Source: Phoronis australis (Eukaryota > Animalia > Phoronida). From it: a DNA stretch of 64,000 nt. The notes under the pieces are model-generated. The model was not told the origin of the DNA, did no database searches, and saw only the letters and a program-made list of their open reading frames with translations. This document shows, piece by piece, positions 62,489 through 64,000 of the stretch; positions within the stretch are counted from its first letter, which is position 1; the number at the start of each line of letters is the position of its first letter. Location of the stretch: the NCBI GenBank assembly GCA_002633005.1, contig NMRA01000056.1:195165-259164 (forward strand). The letters are read 5' to 3'. The position numbers and the translations under genes were made by a program.

Positions 62489-62674
62489 CTTTGACGTAGA
62501 GAATGGTACCTCACCCAGTAACCGGAGTCCCCTGGATCCAGGGGCGAGCCCATCGTCAGGGCTGGTACTGCAGAACCTACCACAGCGGCGGGAGTCATTC
62601 CTCTACCGCTCAGACAGTGACTTTGAATTGTCGCCTAAATCCTTATCCAGGAATTCATCACTAACCAGCGACTT
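62489..62674 (+). CDS. PDE4: cAMP-specific 3',5'-cyclic phosphodiesterase 4 (PDE4/dunce), first common long-form (UCR1) exon
   Basis: Acceptor ttgtcctttttgcag| and donor |gtgagt; 186 nt, phase 2-2. Translates [61 protein letters not shown](L), recognisably the PDE4 UCR1 region with the PKA site RRESF; boundaries match the vertebrate PDE4 exon as I recall it. Confidence 0.96.
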
Positions 62675-63866
62675 GTGAGTAAATGTGTGTTGTTCTTTTA
62701 CGAGACCAGGTTTTATCCCTGGCTTTTGACAGTTAACTACATGGTTAATATTTCCACCGAATCATGTGTCTGAATTAAAGGAAAACATACTCTGGTATTT
62801 TTACGTGTACAGTGAACGCTCTTCAATTCAGCTGCAATTTTGCAGATGAGTCAAATTTTATTTTACCAAATCTGTCAACAAAAACACAATGATATCATTT
62901 AGAAGTTATCTTCATTAGTAACACGAACTTCACAGATATCATCCTGCAAAGCTTAGGAAACATTTTATAAACTTAAACATTGTAACCTGCCCTTGAAAAT
63001 CACAAATTTGCCAATTTCTTTTCTGCGAAATTGAAGAGGTATTACTGTCCCGTAATAGTTTTGGATCACCCTGATTGAGCATTCAATGTTGTTTCATAAA
63101 AGAATATTTTGGTTACGTAATTTTCTCATCAAAGCAAAAAAGCAGTGTAAATTCAAGGTCATGGATGTTTTGTTTCAACATTGGTGTATCCAGTGTTTAT
63201 ATTAGCCCATACCTTGATGTAAATGGGTCACCACTGTAAATAATGAGACTAATGGTTGCCCTGATGTTTGGAAGTGATCACTGTGAATGTGTATAGAATG
63301 TGATATTACAAGGTTTGTTGCTATGTGTGTGATATTTGTGAGTGTTCAGATATGATATGTGATTGTGCTAGTATCCACACGGTGGCAGCACCAGAATGGA
63401 AGTGATGGAGATGTTGGTGTTTGTATCTTGACTAGTATCATTTCTATGTATGTAATTTGGTTATGCTTGTTGCATCTGTGCCAGTGTTGGTCTATTAGTC
63501 GATGTTCCTTTGGTGTTGTTTTTTGTTGTGGTTCATCAGGTTTCAGCTGGAGTTAGTGATAGCACTGCCATCTATTGTGTAATCTCGGTACTTGCTACTG
63601 GACGACTGAAAATGCTTGGATTGCAAGCATCAGTGTGATAACCTGCTTGGAGAGTTGGACCTAAAAGGAAACTGAGCACATTTAAAAGGAAGTCTTTACT
63701 TTCTATTGGAGTAACTGGATGCTGAAGACTTTACACAGATTCAGTTCCTGGTATTGTGATGAAAAGGAAATTTTAAACAGATACGGGATAGTGATTTTGC
63801 CACCAGTTTTGTGATGATGACCGTGATTGTGGAGTACAACAAAGAAGTCACAGGGAGCTTGCTGAA

Positions 63867-63886
63867 ATGGTCAACAATTCACCGAG
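63867..63886 (+). CDS. Possible internal-promoter first exon downstream of UCR1 exon
   Basis: gaaATGG Kozak, MVNNSP, then GAG|GTACGT donor in phase 2 (same phase as the UCR1 exon 3' end). Very short, so weak support. Confidence 0.25.
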
Positions 63887-64000
63887 GTACGTAAAAAGCC
63901 CATGTGGCGAGTTATAGAGGTGATGAACTGAACTATTGTACTGGCCCGGTTAACGATCGGGGCCTTTAAAGTTAAGAAATTCAGAAATACGTGTAGACAT

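Noticed and set aside
1294-63556. The short ORFs in the supplied six-frame track
   Set aside because: Most use alternative starts, lack recognisable domains and overlap repeats; they are expected by chance in AT-rich intron. The real PDE4 exon is not in the track.

Overview
This is AT-rich eukaryotic (invertebrate metazoan, probably deuterostome) genomic DNA. It is not prokaryotic, and almost all ORFs in the supplied track are spurious. The window is the long 5' intronic region of a cAMP-specific phosphodiesterase 4 (PDE4/dunce) gene on the + strand. The conserved long-form UCR1 exon (FDVENG...[26 protein letters not shown], phase 2-2) lies at 62489-62674. Upstream I find three good and two weak candidate alternative first coding exons, plus a basic 96-nt cassette exon; all end in phase 2 and can splice in frame to UCR1. 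The introns are full of non-autonomous DNA transposons: a PIF/Harbinger-like MITE family (two copies carry a full CRE), a Tc1/mariner-like element nested inside one of them, foldback/hAT-like MITEs with 5- and 6-bp TSDs, a 9-bp-TSD MITE and a 7-copy ~480-bp MITE family. There is also a Penelope-like remnant with two minimal hammerhead ribozyme motifs, tRNA-SINE relics, tandem repeats and a probable haplotypic false duplication at an assembly N. All calls are by eye; no database searches were run.
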